IMG/VR virus record: IMGVR_UViG_3300031576_000027
Span: 11,319 to 43,318 of that record
Source: a virus
Direction: 5' to 3' (one strand)
DNA: 32,000 nt
Shown: positions 14,543 to 22,036 of the stretch, in pieces
Position numbering within the stretch: position 1 is the first letter of the stretch
Layout: the number at the start of each line of letters is the position of its first letter
The notes under the pieces: model-generated
The model's database searches: none
The model's input: only the letters and a program-made list of their open reading frames with translations
Told to the model about the DNA's origin: nothing
Made by a program: the position numbers and the translations under genes

Positions 14543-14944
14543 GTGTCGTGGCCACGGTTGGCTGTGCATGATCAGGGTGCGCAGTTGTGGGACGCCAGCG
14601 CCCCGAGCGGACAAGCCACCGTCATCTGCCCGACCTGCGATGGGGCCATGAGGCTGGCCGGCGATCCTGCCGGCGCAGCAGTCGTGGACGCCCTGCGAGG
14701 TCCAGGGCCGCGGTTCCTGCGTGTCGAACGCGCGGTGTCGGATCTGGCGGCGCGGTCAGCGGCTGATTTCGAGCACGTCGTACTGGCCATCCTGGACAGC
14801 CTGCATGACGAGGTCTTGAGCCAGATCCCGGCGGGCCGCGGTGGGGACTACGACCTGACCGTGACACGCCATCTGGACCCGGGCGCGATGACCCAACGCT
14901 TCACCCTGTTCGCCAGGCGCAGGCCGGTCGGTCCAGCCACCTAG
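14543..14944 (+). CDS. hypothetical zinc-ribbon protein; start unresolved, possible -1 frameshift from an ORF starting at 14517
   Basis: Frame-2 ORF with CPTCDG. An ATG at 14517 (TGATG overlap with the VWA gene) opens a different frame encoding MRGQPDCHKCRGHGWL. See finding. Confidence 0.5.
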   Translation: MSWPRLAVHDQGAQLWDASAPSGQATVICPTCDGAMRLAGDPAGAAVVDALRGPGPRFLRVERAVSDLAARSAADFEHVVLAILDSLHDEVLSQIPAGRGGDYDLTVTRHLDPGAMTQRFTLFARRRPVGPAT

Positions 14945-15077
14945 CACGAGGGGGCGGTATACCCCTCCTCTGCGGACATCGAGTCGCGGAGGCCGGGTCA
15001 GGCACGGCCTAAGCCTCCGATTTTGCGTTGGTGTGTCGTGTATAGACACTGGCATGCGTCGTGTATAGACAAGACGC
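14945..15077 (+). promoter_or_regulatory. intergenic module copy A: hairpin + conserved spacer + tandem GTATAGAC boxes/promoter
   Basis: Hairpin 14948-14967 (GAGGGG/CCCCTC). CTGCGGACATCGAGTCGCG. Box1 GTGTATAGACA 15038-15048; TGGCAT 15050-15055; box2 GTGTATAGACA 15061-15071; ATG 15078. Confidence 0.8.
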
Positions 15078-15350
15078 ATGGAAAACATCCTCAACCACCG
15101 CCTGCTGACCTGGATCGCGGCGCAGTCCGTCCTGTGCGCGGAGGCCAGCGAGATCGGGCTGCCGGCGGGCCAGGCCCCGGCTGCCGAGATCACGGTGGTG
15201 GGCCGGCACGATGCGGTGACCTACCGCTACGTCGGGGCCGAGGTGGTGAACGAGGGCGAGATCCGCAGCTGGGAGTACGCGCCGACCGCGGCCAGCCTGG
15301 TTGACTGCCCTGCGGCGCACGGTACCCGCCTGGTGATCTTCAACGACTGA
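15078..15350 (+). CDS. hypothetical protein (apparently leaderless start)
   Basis: ATG lies 8 nt after TATAGA of module A with no SD. G/C-rich third positions. Confidence 0.7.
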   Translation: MENILNHRLLTWIAAQSVLCAEASEIGLPAGQAPAAEITVVGRHDAVTYRYVGAEVVNEGEIRSWEYAPTAASLVDCPAAHGTRLVIFND

Positions 15351-15373
15351 TCGTGTCAGACAGGAGAGCGACG

Positions 15374-16051
15374 ATGACGACCATGGACAAGGCAGCAGCG
15401 GCGATCGCGGAACTGGCCCGTCGGCAGCAGGCTGTCAAGGACGCCGAGGCGGCGGTGGACAAGGCCGGCAACGACCTGATCCCGGCGCTGCGCGCGGAGT
15501 GGATCCTGCGCGGCGGCTGCGACAAGTGCAAGGGTCAGGGCTTCACGATGGAGCACTTCACCCTGGACTACATCGCCGGGGAGCCGGTGGACTGCACGTG
15601 CGATCGCAAGGCGGGCCTGGCGCCGGCCTATGGGTCCAACGGATCCAGCGACACGGACCCGCGGATCACCGAGGCGCTGGCGCCCTACCGCGCCACCCTC
15701 CGTGCGGCGCAGGTCGCGCTGGGCTGGCTGACGGTCGTGGACAAGGGCGTCCAGGTGGTGGTGGTCAAGGGCCGCAAGGTCGCGCACGGGACCACGGGCG
15801 TGGTGATCTGGCTGGGCGGATCGGCCTACAACAACGACGTGCGGCTGGGGATCAAGGACGCGGACGGCACCGTCCACTGGACGGCGAAGTCCAACGTGGT
15901 GGTGGACGCGGACCACGCGGATGCGCGCGCGGCTGCGCAGGCGCGCGGCAACGCGGCCCAGGCGCCCGGCGCCACGACCAGCAGCAGCAACGTGCCCACC
16001 GGACGGTGGGTGGGCAGCAGCTACCGGCGCCGCGGCTACCGCGGCCGGTGA
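15374..16051 (+). CDS. hypothetical protein with a CxxCxGxG zinc-finger motif
   Basis: ACAGGAGAGCGACG precedes ATG 15374 (track start 15353 is in the same frame). GGCDKCKGQGF. C-terminal Arg/Gly/Tyr-rich tail. Confidence 0.7.
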   Translation: MTTMDKAAAAIAELARRQQAVKDAEAAVDKAGNDLIPALRAEWILRGGCDKCKGQGFTMEHFTLDYIAGEPVDCTCDRKAGLAPAYGSNGSSDTDPRITEALAPYRATLRAAQVALGWLTVVDKGVQVVVVKGRKVAHGTTGVVIWLGGSAYNNDVRLGIKDADGTVHWTAKSNVVVDADHADARAAAQARGNAAQAPGATTSSSNVPTGRWVGSSYRRRGYRGR

Positions 16052-16082
16052 TCAACGACGACGACAGGAGAGGACGACGACC

Positions 16083-16922
16083 ATGCGCGAAGACGCCATC
16101 AACATCTGCGGTGCCGTGACCTGCTGGGTCCTGGCTGGCGAGTCCAGCCGGCAGACCCTGGTGGCCGACATGCCGGGCCAGCTGGTGGACCTGGTGCCGG
16201 AACCCCGGACGCACTACGCGGCCCTGCGATACGCCCTGGTGGATGTCTGCCAGGGCCAGCGGCGCCTGATCCGCCCGCTGGAGTCGCGCGGCGGGTTCAG
16301 CGTCGTGACCGAGACTGCCGACGGCGATCGCCTGGCCTATACCCAGGACATCATCGCGCTGGTGTCGGACAGCGGCCGGCTGACCATCACACCGTCCGGT
16401 CACGCGGATGGCGGGTCCGTCGAGCACAGCTACCAGCGGGCCCTGGGGACCGTGTCGTCCCAGGCCGTCGGGGAGATGCTGGCGCAGGCGGTCAACCGCC
16501 TGGGTGGCGTCCCGCTGCGGGATCACGGCGGGGTCTACTGGGTCCCGGAGCCGTCCCTTGAGGCATGGGCTGCGGTCGTGCGCGCGGTCGAGCGCGCGGG
16601 CACGGGGTCGCTGGTGTCGCTGGTCCGCACGGCCATGGACGAGCGCGGGATCAAGTCGGTGGTAGCGGCGCTGCAGGCCGACGTCAACGGGGACCTGGCG
16701 CGGATCGAGCGGGAGATCGCGGAGGGCGACCTGGGGCAGCGCGGCTGCCGCAACCGCGCTGATGAGGCCGCGGCGCTGGCATCCAAGGTGGCGCGGTACG
16801 AGGGCCTGCTGGGTGTGACCCTGGATCAGCTGCGTGCGACCGCCAGCCAGGTCGAGGCCAATGCGGCGGTGGCGGCCATGGCGGCCATGGGCGGATCCGA
16901 CAAGCAGGGGTCGCTGCTGTGA
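16083..16922 (+). CDS. hypothetical protein
   Basis: ACAGGAGAGGACGACGACC precedes ATG 16083. 279 aa with G/C-rich third positions. Confidence 0.75.
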   Translation: MREDAINICGAVTCWVLAGESSRQTLVADMPGQLVDLVPEPRTHYAALRYALVDVCQGQRRLIRPLESRGGFSVVTETADGDRLAYTQDIIALVSDSGRLTITPSGHADGGSVEHSYQRALGTVSSQAVGEMLAQAVNRLGGVPLRDHGGVYWVPEPSLEAWAAVVRAVERAGTGSLVSLVRTAMDERGIKSVVAALQADVNGDLARIEREIAEGDLGQRGCRNRADEAAALASKVARYEGLLGVTLDQLRATASQVEANAAVAAMAAMGGSDKQGSLL

Positions 16923-17140
16923 CCCCGGACTGGATCGTGGACGAGATCACGCCGACACAGGACGCACTGCGCTCCCCGCAGCATGCGTACTACCGCCTGC
17001 ACATCAGACTGCGGAACCTGTCCGCAGGCGGCGCCGTGCAGTCCTGGACGGTGCGCGATGTGGCGGACCCGCGGTACGACATCAGCGGCGCGACGATCGA
17101 CCCGCGGGCCAGGCCCTTCCTGAGGCGGACGGAGCCCTGA
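16919..17140 (+). CDS. hypothetical protein
   Basis: GTGA overlap with the upstream stop. Confidence 0.6.
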   Translation: MTPDWIVDEITPTQDALRSPQHAYYRLHIRLRNLSAGGAVQSWTVRDVADPRYDISGATIDPRARPFLRRTEP

Positions 17141-17610
17141 TGGGCCAACGCTTCCTGCGCTGCTCCTTCGACTGGATCGTGGACGTCCTGCGTGGGGATG
17201 GCGCGCGGACCGTCACGATCACCAACGGGATCCCGGCCGGCGCCAAGGTGGTCAAGATTGGTGGCGCCATGCAAGCGCACGGGCCCGACATCCTGGAGAT
17301 GTTCTTGGAGCACCTCCACTGGCCGGATGCACAGCCAACGCCGACCATCCGGCCCATCTTCCACGTGATCAAGGCGCCTGCGGACGACATGCTGCTGGCC
17401 GAGATCCGGCGGGCCTTGCGCGCGGCCTACCCGGACCGGGCGGACGTGCTGATGGCGCAACTGATGTTCCGCCTGCATCGGCCTGTCGGGGGGGCCGTTG
17501 CCACGCAGGTCTACTGCCCAGCCTGTGGCCACGACGACCAGGAACACGGCAGTCCCGTCGGGTGCACGGCGCAGATCGGGGACGGGCACCACTGCGGCTG
17601 CCCGCGCTGA
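17140..17610 (+). CDS. hypothetical protein with C-terminal Cys/His cluster
   Basis: TGATG overlap. C-terminus reads YCPACGHDDQEHGSPVGCTAQIGDGHHCGC. Confidence 0.7.
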   Translation: MGQRFLRCSFDWIVDVLRGDGARTVTITNGIPAGAKVVKIGGAMQAHGPDILEMFLEHLHWPDAQPTPTIRPIFHVIKAPADDMLLAEIRRALRAAYPDRADVLMAQLMFRLHRPVGGAVATQVYCPACGHDDQEHGSPVGCTAQIGDGHHCGCPR

Positions 17611-17614
17611 CTGT

Positions 17615-17932
17615 CTATATCGGCTGACCGCCAGGCGCGTGCACTGACCGGTGGCAGGCGCTGCACAACCATACGACACTGCGAGGATTGCGATAATCGG
17701 GATGGTGGCCCTGTGCTGGCGTACCGCCGCACCGCTTGCACGACTGACGCTGCAGATGGCCGCGGCGCACCATCGAGTTTGTGTATGAGCGGCAATTAGC
17801 CTTCAACCGTTGTTCGTCCGTCAGATCGCTGTGGCGCGGGCGCTTGGCGCGCATCCATGCCGCATGACACACGCGCCCCCATCGCTGGCCAGGTCGTCGC
17901 GGTTCAGCCTTACATTTTGTGCACAAGCCCAT
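17615..17932 (-). CDS. HNH endonuclease
   Basis: CKRCGG..GHHPDYRNPRSVVWLCSACHRSVH (HNH beta-beta-alpha metal motif). Opposite strand to its neighbours. Noticeably more A/T-ending codons than the rest of the window. Confidence 0.8.
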   Translation of the reverse strand: MGLCTKCKAEPRRPGQRWGRVCHAAWMRAKRPRHSDLTDEQRLKANCRSYTNSMVRRGHLQRQSCKRCGGTPAQGHHPDYRNPRSVVWLCSACHRSVHAPGGQPI

Positions 17933-17972
17933 ACCGCGATTGTACTAGTTCCACGGGTGTTTCAGTGGAACA

Positions 17973-18293
17973 CTAGTCCAGCGGGATGACCTGCAACTGC
18001 ATGCCGACCAGCCCAGGTGGCCGGGGGGTGCCTGCCCGCGCCAGGACCAGGTGAGCCGGGTTGCAGCACCCAGAGGTCCCGCAGGTCGGCCGGACCGCCA
18101 GGTCCCGCGGTACGGGCCCGTGACGCAGCCTGTAGGCCAGCCTGCTGGCTGGCCAGGACGTCCCGCGCCAGGACACCGTGGGGTGGCTGGCCGCCTGCCC
18201 GTGTGGCGCCCGGTACGGCCAGCAGCCGTCCGGCCCTGCGGCCTGGTCCGTCCGACTCCAGAAGGCCGCTTCCGTCACTGGTTCCCGTGTCAT
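17973..18293 (-). CDS. HNH-family (GCW..NP.HL type) homing-endonuclease-like protein, catalytic residues apparently substituted
   Basis: GCWPYRAP...ASRLAYRLRHGPVPRDLAVRPTCGTSGCCNPAHLVL matches the phage GCWxW...AHRxxY...G.IP.GL.V.H.C.N..C.NP.HL pattern, but with RP where DH/H is expected. Confidence 0.6.
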   Translation of the reverse strand: MTREPVTEAAFWSRTDQAAGPDGCWPYRAPHGQAASHPTVSWRGTSWPASRLAYRLRHGPVPRDLAVRPTCGTSGCCNPAHLVLARAGTPRPPGLVGMQLQVIPLD

Positions 18294-18311
18294 GGATCAC
18301 AAGCTATCACA

Positions 18312-18444
18312 TCCAGGAGGGGGATGGTGCCCCCTCTTCTGCGGATCCTATGTCGCGCTGTGGATAGACTTGCGGTGTAAGTCTCTGATATTGCGCCAAC
18401 CTACGGTATAGACACGTGGCACGGTCGGTGTATAGACACAAGCC
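18312..18444 (+). promoter_or_regulatory. intergenic module copy B
   Basis: Hairpin 18317-18336 (GAGGGGG/CCCCCTC). CTGCGGATCCTATGTCGCGCTGTGGATAGA. Box1 CGGTATAGACA 18404-18414; TGGCACG 18417-18423; box2 GTGTATAGACA 18428-18438; ATG 18445. Confidence 0.8.
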
Positions 18445-18699
18445 ATGGCGCTGTGCATCGACATCAAGACCACGGACGGACGGGATGCGTCCATCTCCTT
18501 CGCCCGCATCGAGCGCGAGCGCAATGTTGTCGTCCTGGGCGCCTGGGTCGATGGCGTCCCTGGGGACCACGTCCTTACCATCGGGCTGGACGTCCTGGAC
18601 ATGGGCAACCTCTGGATCTGCCTCCCGGGCGGCGCGGCGCTGGAAGGCGCGGCTGCGCGCCGGGTCGCTGACCTGGTCCGCGCGGGGGCTGCGTCGTGA
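18445..18699 (+). CDS. hypothetical protein (apparently leaderless start)
   Basis: ATG lies 8 nt after TATAGA of module B, with no SD. Confidence 0.7.
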   Translation: MALCIDIKTTDGRDASISFARIERERNVVVLGAWVDGVPGDHVLTIGLDVLDMGNLWICLPGGAALEGAAARRVADLVRAGAAS

Positions 18700-18938
18700 G
18701 GCGCCCCGTCCTGGCCGTCGAGCAGTGCCGCGGCTGCGGCGCCGACGTGGTCCAGAAGACCAAACACCTGGAGGATCCCGTCTGCAGCAGCTGCCGGTCC
18801 AAGGCACGGCGCCAGCCCAAGGCGATCGCCAATCCGGCGGCCGTCCAGGCGCCGGCCACCTGCCCGGACTGCGGCGGCCTGGGCGTCCTGGGTCCGGCCA
18901 AGCCCTGCCTGCGCTGCGGGCAGCGGGGGGTCGTCTGA
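18696..18938 (+). CDS. small DnaJ-type (CxxCxGxG) zinc-finger protein
   Basis: GTGA overlap. CRGCG, CSSC, CPDCGGLG, CLRCGQRG. Confidence 0.7.
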   Translation: MRRPVLAVEQCRGCGADVVQKTKHLEDPVCSSCRSKARRQPKAIANPAAVQAPATCPDCGGLGVLGPAKPCLRCGQRGVV

Positions 18939-19219
18939 TGCGCAACCTGCACCGACGCCAGACCTGCGACTGCTGCGGCGGATCGGCCGACATCGTCGGG
19001 CCCCAGGCGCCGGTCGTGGACGGGAGGCCGCGGTGCCCATACGCCCACGTGGGGGACCACGGCCGATGCCTGACCCACGGCGTGGACCTGGTCTTCGGCC
19101 GCAGCGGCGGGGCTTGGCAGGATGCCGACGGCAGGGACCACAGCGGGCACTACCTGTGGGGGTGGCCGGCCGTCCCGTGCTGGCTGGTGGTGACCCGGCC
19201 GGACCGTCGGGAGGGGTGA
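18938..19219 (+). CDS. hypothetical Cys/His-rich protein
   Basis: TGATG overlap. Its stop TGA (19217-19219) lies in the loop of the module C hairpin. Confidence 0.65.
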   Translation: MRNLHRRQTCDCCGGSADIVGPQAPVVDGRPRCPYAHVGDHGRCLTHGVDLVFGRSGGAWQDADGRDHSGHYLWGWPAVPCWLVVTRPDRREG

Positions 19220-19340
19220 GGATTCCCCTCCTCCGGGGACTCTGAGTCGCAGCGTGGATGACCGGAGGGCGTGATCCTGCGGAGTTGCGCACGGAGTGAC
19301 GTGTATATACGCTGGCACGCGACGTGTATAGACATATGGC
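19205..19340 (+). promoter_or_regulatory. intergenic module copy C
   Basis: Hairpin 19210-19231 (GGAGGGG/CCCCTCC). GGGGACTCTGAGTCGCAGCGTGGATGA. Box1 GTGTATATACG 19301-19311; TGGCACG 19313-19319; box2 GTGTATAGACA 19324-19334. Confidence 0.8.
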
Positions 19341-19373
19341 GTGACCAACACGATCCGACAGGGGGCGACGACG

Positions 19374-19679
19374 ATGGCGATCAAGGCAGCGATCCACCTC
19401 TACGGCACCAGCGACGCGGGCGGCTACATCGTGGCCGTGCGCACGGGCGCCACGGCAGGTGACGGCAACCCCAAGGCCGGCCGGTCGCTGACCGAAACCC
19501 TCTGGATCGCGCGGGACGCGATCTACGACATGGGCCTGGGCCCGCGTGACCTGGTGGCCGTGCACCTCGACGTCGCGCGTGGCGCTGGCCTCAAGGAGCC
19601 GCACGTGGCCACGGTGGCGCTGGGCGACGTCCGGTACTTCGGGGACCTCCGCTTCGTCGGATCGGGGGTGCTGGCGTGA
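19374..19679 (+). CDS. hypothetical protein (alternative leaderless GTG start at 19341)
   Basis: CAGGGGGCGACGACG precedes ATG 19374. In the same frame, GTG 19341 lies exactly 8 nt after TATAGA of module C. Confidence 0.7.
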   Translation: MAIKAAIHLYGTSDAGGYIVAVRTGATAGDGNPKAGRSLTETLWIARDAIYDMGLGPRDLVAVHLDVARGAGLKEPHVATVALGDVRYFGDLRFVGSGVLA

Positions 19680-19915
19680 AGACCTACGATGGCCAAGTGA
19701 TCACCCTGGAGATCGCCACCAAGCAGATCCTGGAGGGTGCCCAGGGCGGCTGGTACATGGCGTGTGATCCATGGGGACGTCCACTGCTGGCCCGCCCGAC
19801 ACAGGATCAAGCGATGCGCGACGGGCAGGACTTCCTCCGCAGGAACCCGAGCCCGGAGATGAAGGTCTGCGGCGTGGTCGTGAAGGGCGTGAACGAGCCG
19901 CGGTGCGCAACGTGA
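19676..19915 (+). CDS. hypothetical protein
   Basis: GTGA overlap. G/C-rich third positions. Confidence 0.65.
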   Translation: MKTYDGQVITLEIATKQILEGAQGGWYMACDPWGRPLLARPTQDQAMRDGQDFLRRNPSPEMKVCGVVVKGVNEPRCAT

Positions 19916-20128
19916 TCGCCCGTTGGCCCAACGGGATCGGGGACGTGGGCGACGATGCGGAGGTGATCGAGCGCCCGGACGGGACCTGGCTGGGTGCGGA
20001 TCCAGGACCCCGACGATCCGTGGCGCTGGGCTCTGTCCGAGATCATGCCGGCTGTGGTCGGGCTGTACGGACCAGATCCGGCAGCTGCCGTCCATGCAGC
20101 CAGGGCCTGGGCTGTCGGCCAGGCGTGA
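19912..20128 (+). CDS. hypothetical protein; apparent +1 frame change near 19967-20000 (or two overlapping small ORFs)
   Basis: GTGA-coupled start at 19912 in one frame. The stop at the module D hairpin (TGA 20126-20128) is in the +1 frame. Third-position G/C switches frame accordingly. Confidence 0.4.
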
Positions 20129-20258
20129 GCGGGGGTTGTACCCCCCTCATCTGCGGCAAACGAGTCGCGACGCGGGTGCCTGGGCTACGTGTAGTCGGAG
20201 GGTTACGGGCGTAGTCATGTGTCTATACCCTGGCATGCGTCGTGTATAGACATATGAC
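20126..20258 (+). promoter_or_regulatory. intergenic module copy D
   Basis: Hairpin about 20130-20147 (GGGGGT/ACCCCC). CTGCGGCAAACGAGTCGCGA. Box1 GTGTCTATACC 20219-20229 (inverted orientation); TGGCATG; box2 GTGTATAGACA 20242-20252; ATG 20259. Confidence 0.8.
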
Positions 20259-20504
20259 ATGGCGAACGTGATGATCTTCAGCAACCGGACGATGGCAGCC
20301 AAGCTCCACTCCGAGGCGTGCCCCTGCGTGGTCAGGATCAAGGCGGTGGGCAAGACCAGCAAGAACCAGGACAAGGTGCCGGTCGCGTGGCACTCCCGGG
20401 ACGGTCAGCACGTTGTCATCACCCTGGACCGGTGGGACGCCGCGGATGCGGCCGAGCGCGGGATCAAGGTGGGGAAGTGCAGCTGCGCCGAGCCGGCCAG
20501 CTGA
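20259..20504 (+). CDS. hypothetical protein (apparently leaderless start)
   Basis: ATG lies 8 nt after TATAGA of module D, with no SD. Confidence 0.7.
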   Translation: MANVMIFSNRTMAAKLHSEACPCVVRIKAVGKTSKNQDKVPVAWHSRDGQHVVITLDRWDAADAAERGIKVGKCSCAEPAS

Positions 20505-20520
20505 CCGACGGGGGGACGAC

Positions 20521-20728
20521 GATGAGGACGGGGACGCGGGTGCAGACCAGGGGGACGTTGCAACAGACCGGGCAGCCGGTCGTGCCGGCCGGGACGACCG
20601 GGACGGTGGTGGCCGTGCAGGTGGTCGGGCCGGCCTTCCTTGGGGTCCGGGTCCACCAGGTTGCCTGGGCGACCGGACAGACCACGACCGTGGCCAACGC
20701 GCACTTGCTGCTGGCGGTGGTGCCGTGA
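20521..20728 (+). CDS. hypothetical protein
   Basis: GGGGGGACGACG precedes ATG 20521. Confidence 0.65.
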
Positions 20729-21048
20729 CCCGCCTAAGCCCCACGCAGCAGACGCTGGTGGACCGGCTGCGCCGGGAGTCCATGGGCGGCCGGATCGAGC
20801 GGCGCCCGGGAGGCTTCTGGACGGCGCCCGAAACGATCAGCAGCGCGGACGGCGTGCCGGACTGGTACGTCACCACCCACACGATCCAGGCGCTTGCCAA
20901 GCGCGGCGTGCTGGTCCAGACCGCGACCAGGACCAACGGGAGCGGCGGGCTTTTCGTGGTGGAGTACCAGCTGGCCGAGATGGCCAGGCCGGGCGTCACC
21001 GTGCCGCAGGGCACGCTGCAGGACGACGACAACACAGGAGGGACCTGA
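20725..21048 (+). CDS. hypothetical protein
   Basis: GTGA overlap. G/C-rich third positions. Confidence 0.65.
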   Translation: MTRLSPTQQTLVDRLRRESMGGRIERRPGGFWTAPETISSADGVPDWYVTTHTIQALAKRGVLVQTATRTNGSGGLFVVEYQLAEMARPGVTVPQGTLQDDDNTGGT

Positions 21049-21050
21049 CG

Positions 21051-21437
21051 ATGTCCACGATGCCGATGCACGACCCGCTGATCAACAAGGTGCTCCGCTG
21101 GCTGCGCGAGGACGTGGCACTACGCCAGGCCGACCTGCGCACCTGGGCGGGCAAGTTCATGGCCGACCCGGCCGACCGCCTACAGTGGTCGCTGGAGGAA
21201 TTTGCGAACGCTGCTCGTGTCCAGATCTTCGGTGCTGCCATCGACGCCTTGCTGGGCGGCCGCAGCATCCCTGACCTGATCGCCTTTGCGAAGGATCAGG
21301 CCATGCATGCGACGCTCTACCCGTCGCGCAGCACGTCACCGACGCACAACTTGATGGAGCAGGAACGCGCGGCCGCCTGGGCGCGGTTGGCTGCAGAGCT
21401 TGGTTGCCTGCTGGCGGACCACAAGGAAGGAGCCTGA
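21051..21437 (+). CDS. hypothetical protein
   Basis: ACAGGAGGGACCTGACG precedes ATG 21051. Confidence 0.7.
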   Translation: MSTMPMHDPLINKVLRWLREDVALRQADLRTWAGKFMADPADRLQWSLEEFANAARVQIFGAAIDALLGGRSIPDLIAFAKDQAMHATLYPSRSTSPTHNLMEQERAAAWARLAAELGCLLADHKEGA

Positions 21438-21439
21438 CG

Positions 21440-21784
21440 ATGGCCACGATGCCCTGCAAGACCTGCGCGGGTGTCCGCGCCTTCGATGATCCGTCGCAGT
21501 GCCCGGACTGCGCGGGTGGGCGCGTAGTCTATGTGCCGATCGAGCGCGACGACCACATCCGCCTGGACGCCAGCCTGGTCAACAAGCTGATCCGGGATGC
21601 CTTCAAGGAAGGAACCAGGATCGGCACCCACTTCGTGGCGTGCGATCGCGCCCTGATCGTCGGCAAGCAGTGCGTGTCGGGCCTGACCGACGACCAGATC
21701 CTGGCGATCGCGCGCGGCGATGCCGAACTGTTCGGCTGCACGCCAGAGCCGATCGGGTACCGCGTGGTCGGGGGTGGCGGATGA
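21440..21784 (+). CDS. hypothetical protein with N-terminal CxxC..CxxCxGG zinc-finger
   Basis: AAGGAAGGAGCCTGACG precedes ATG 21440. CKTCAG and CPDCAGGR. Confidence 0.7.
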   Translation: MATMPCKTCAGVRAFDDPSQCPDCAGGRVVYVPIERDDHIRLDASLVNKLIRDAFKEGTRIGTHFVACDRALIVGKQCVSGLTDDQILAIARGDAELFGCTPEPIGYRVVGGGG

Positions 21785-22035
21785 CGGCCAAGCAGCACAA
21801 GCGCCAGGAGCGGGAGCGGCAGGAACGGCAGGCGGACCTGCACGAGGCCCGTGCGCGGGTCCGCGACGCGATCATCATGGCTCTCCGATTGGAAGGCACG
21901 CTGGCCAACGCGCTGATGGGCGCCGCGTCCACGGGCTACCCGATGAACACTGCGGTCAACGTGGCCGTCACGGAACTGGACCTGGTCTTCGCGCAGCTGG
22001 TCCAGGCGCAGCGACTGCTGCAGGGTGGGCGCTGA
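21781..22035 (+). CDS. hypothetical protein (charged N-terminal helix)
   Basis: ATGA overlap. Confidence 0.65.
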   Translation: MTAKQHKRQERERQERQADLHEARARVRDAIIMALRLEGTLANALMGAASTGYPMNTAVNVAVTELDLVFAQLVQAQRLLQGGR

Positions 22036-22036
22036 C

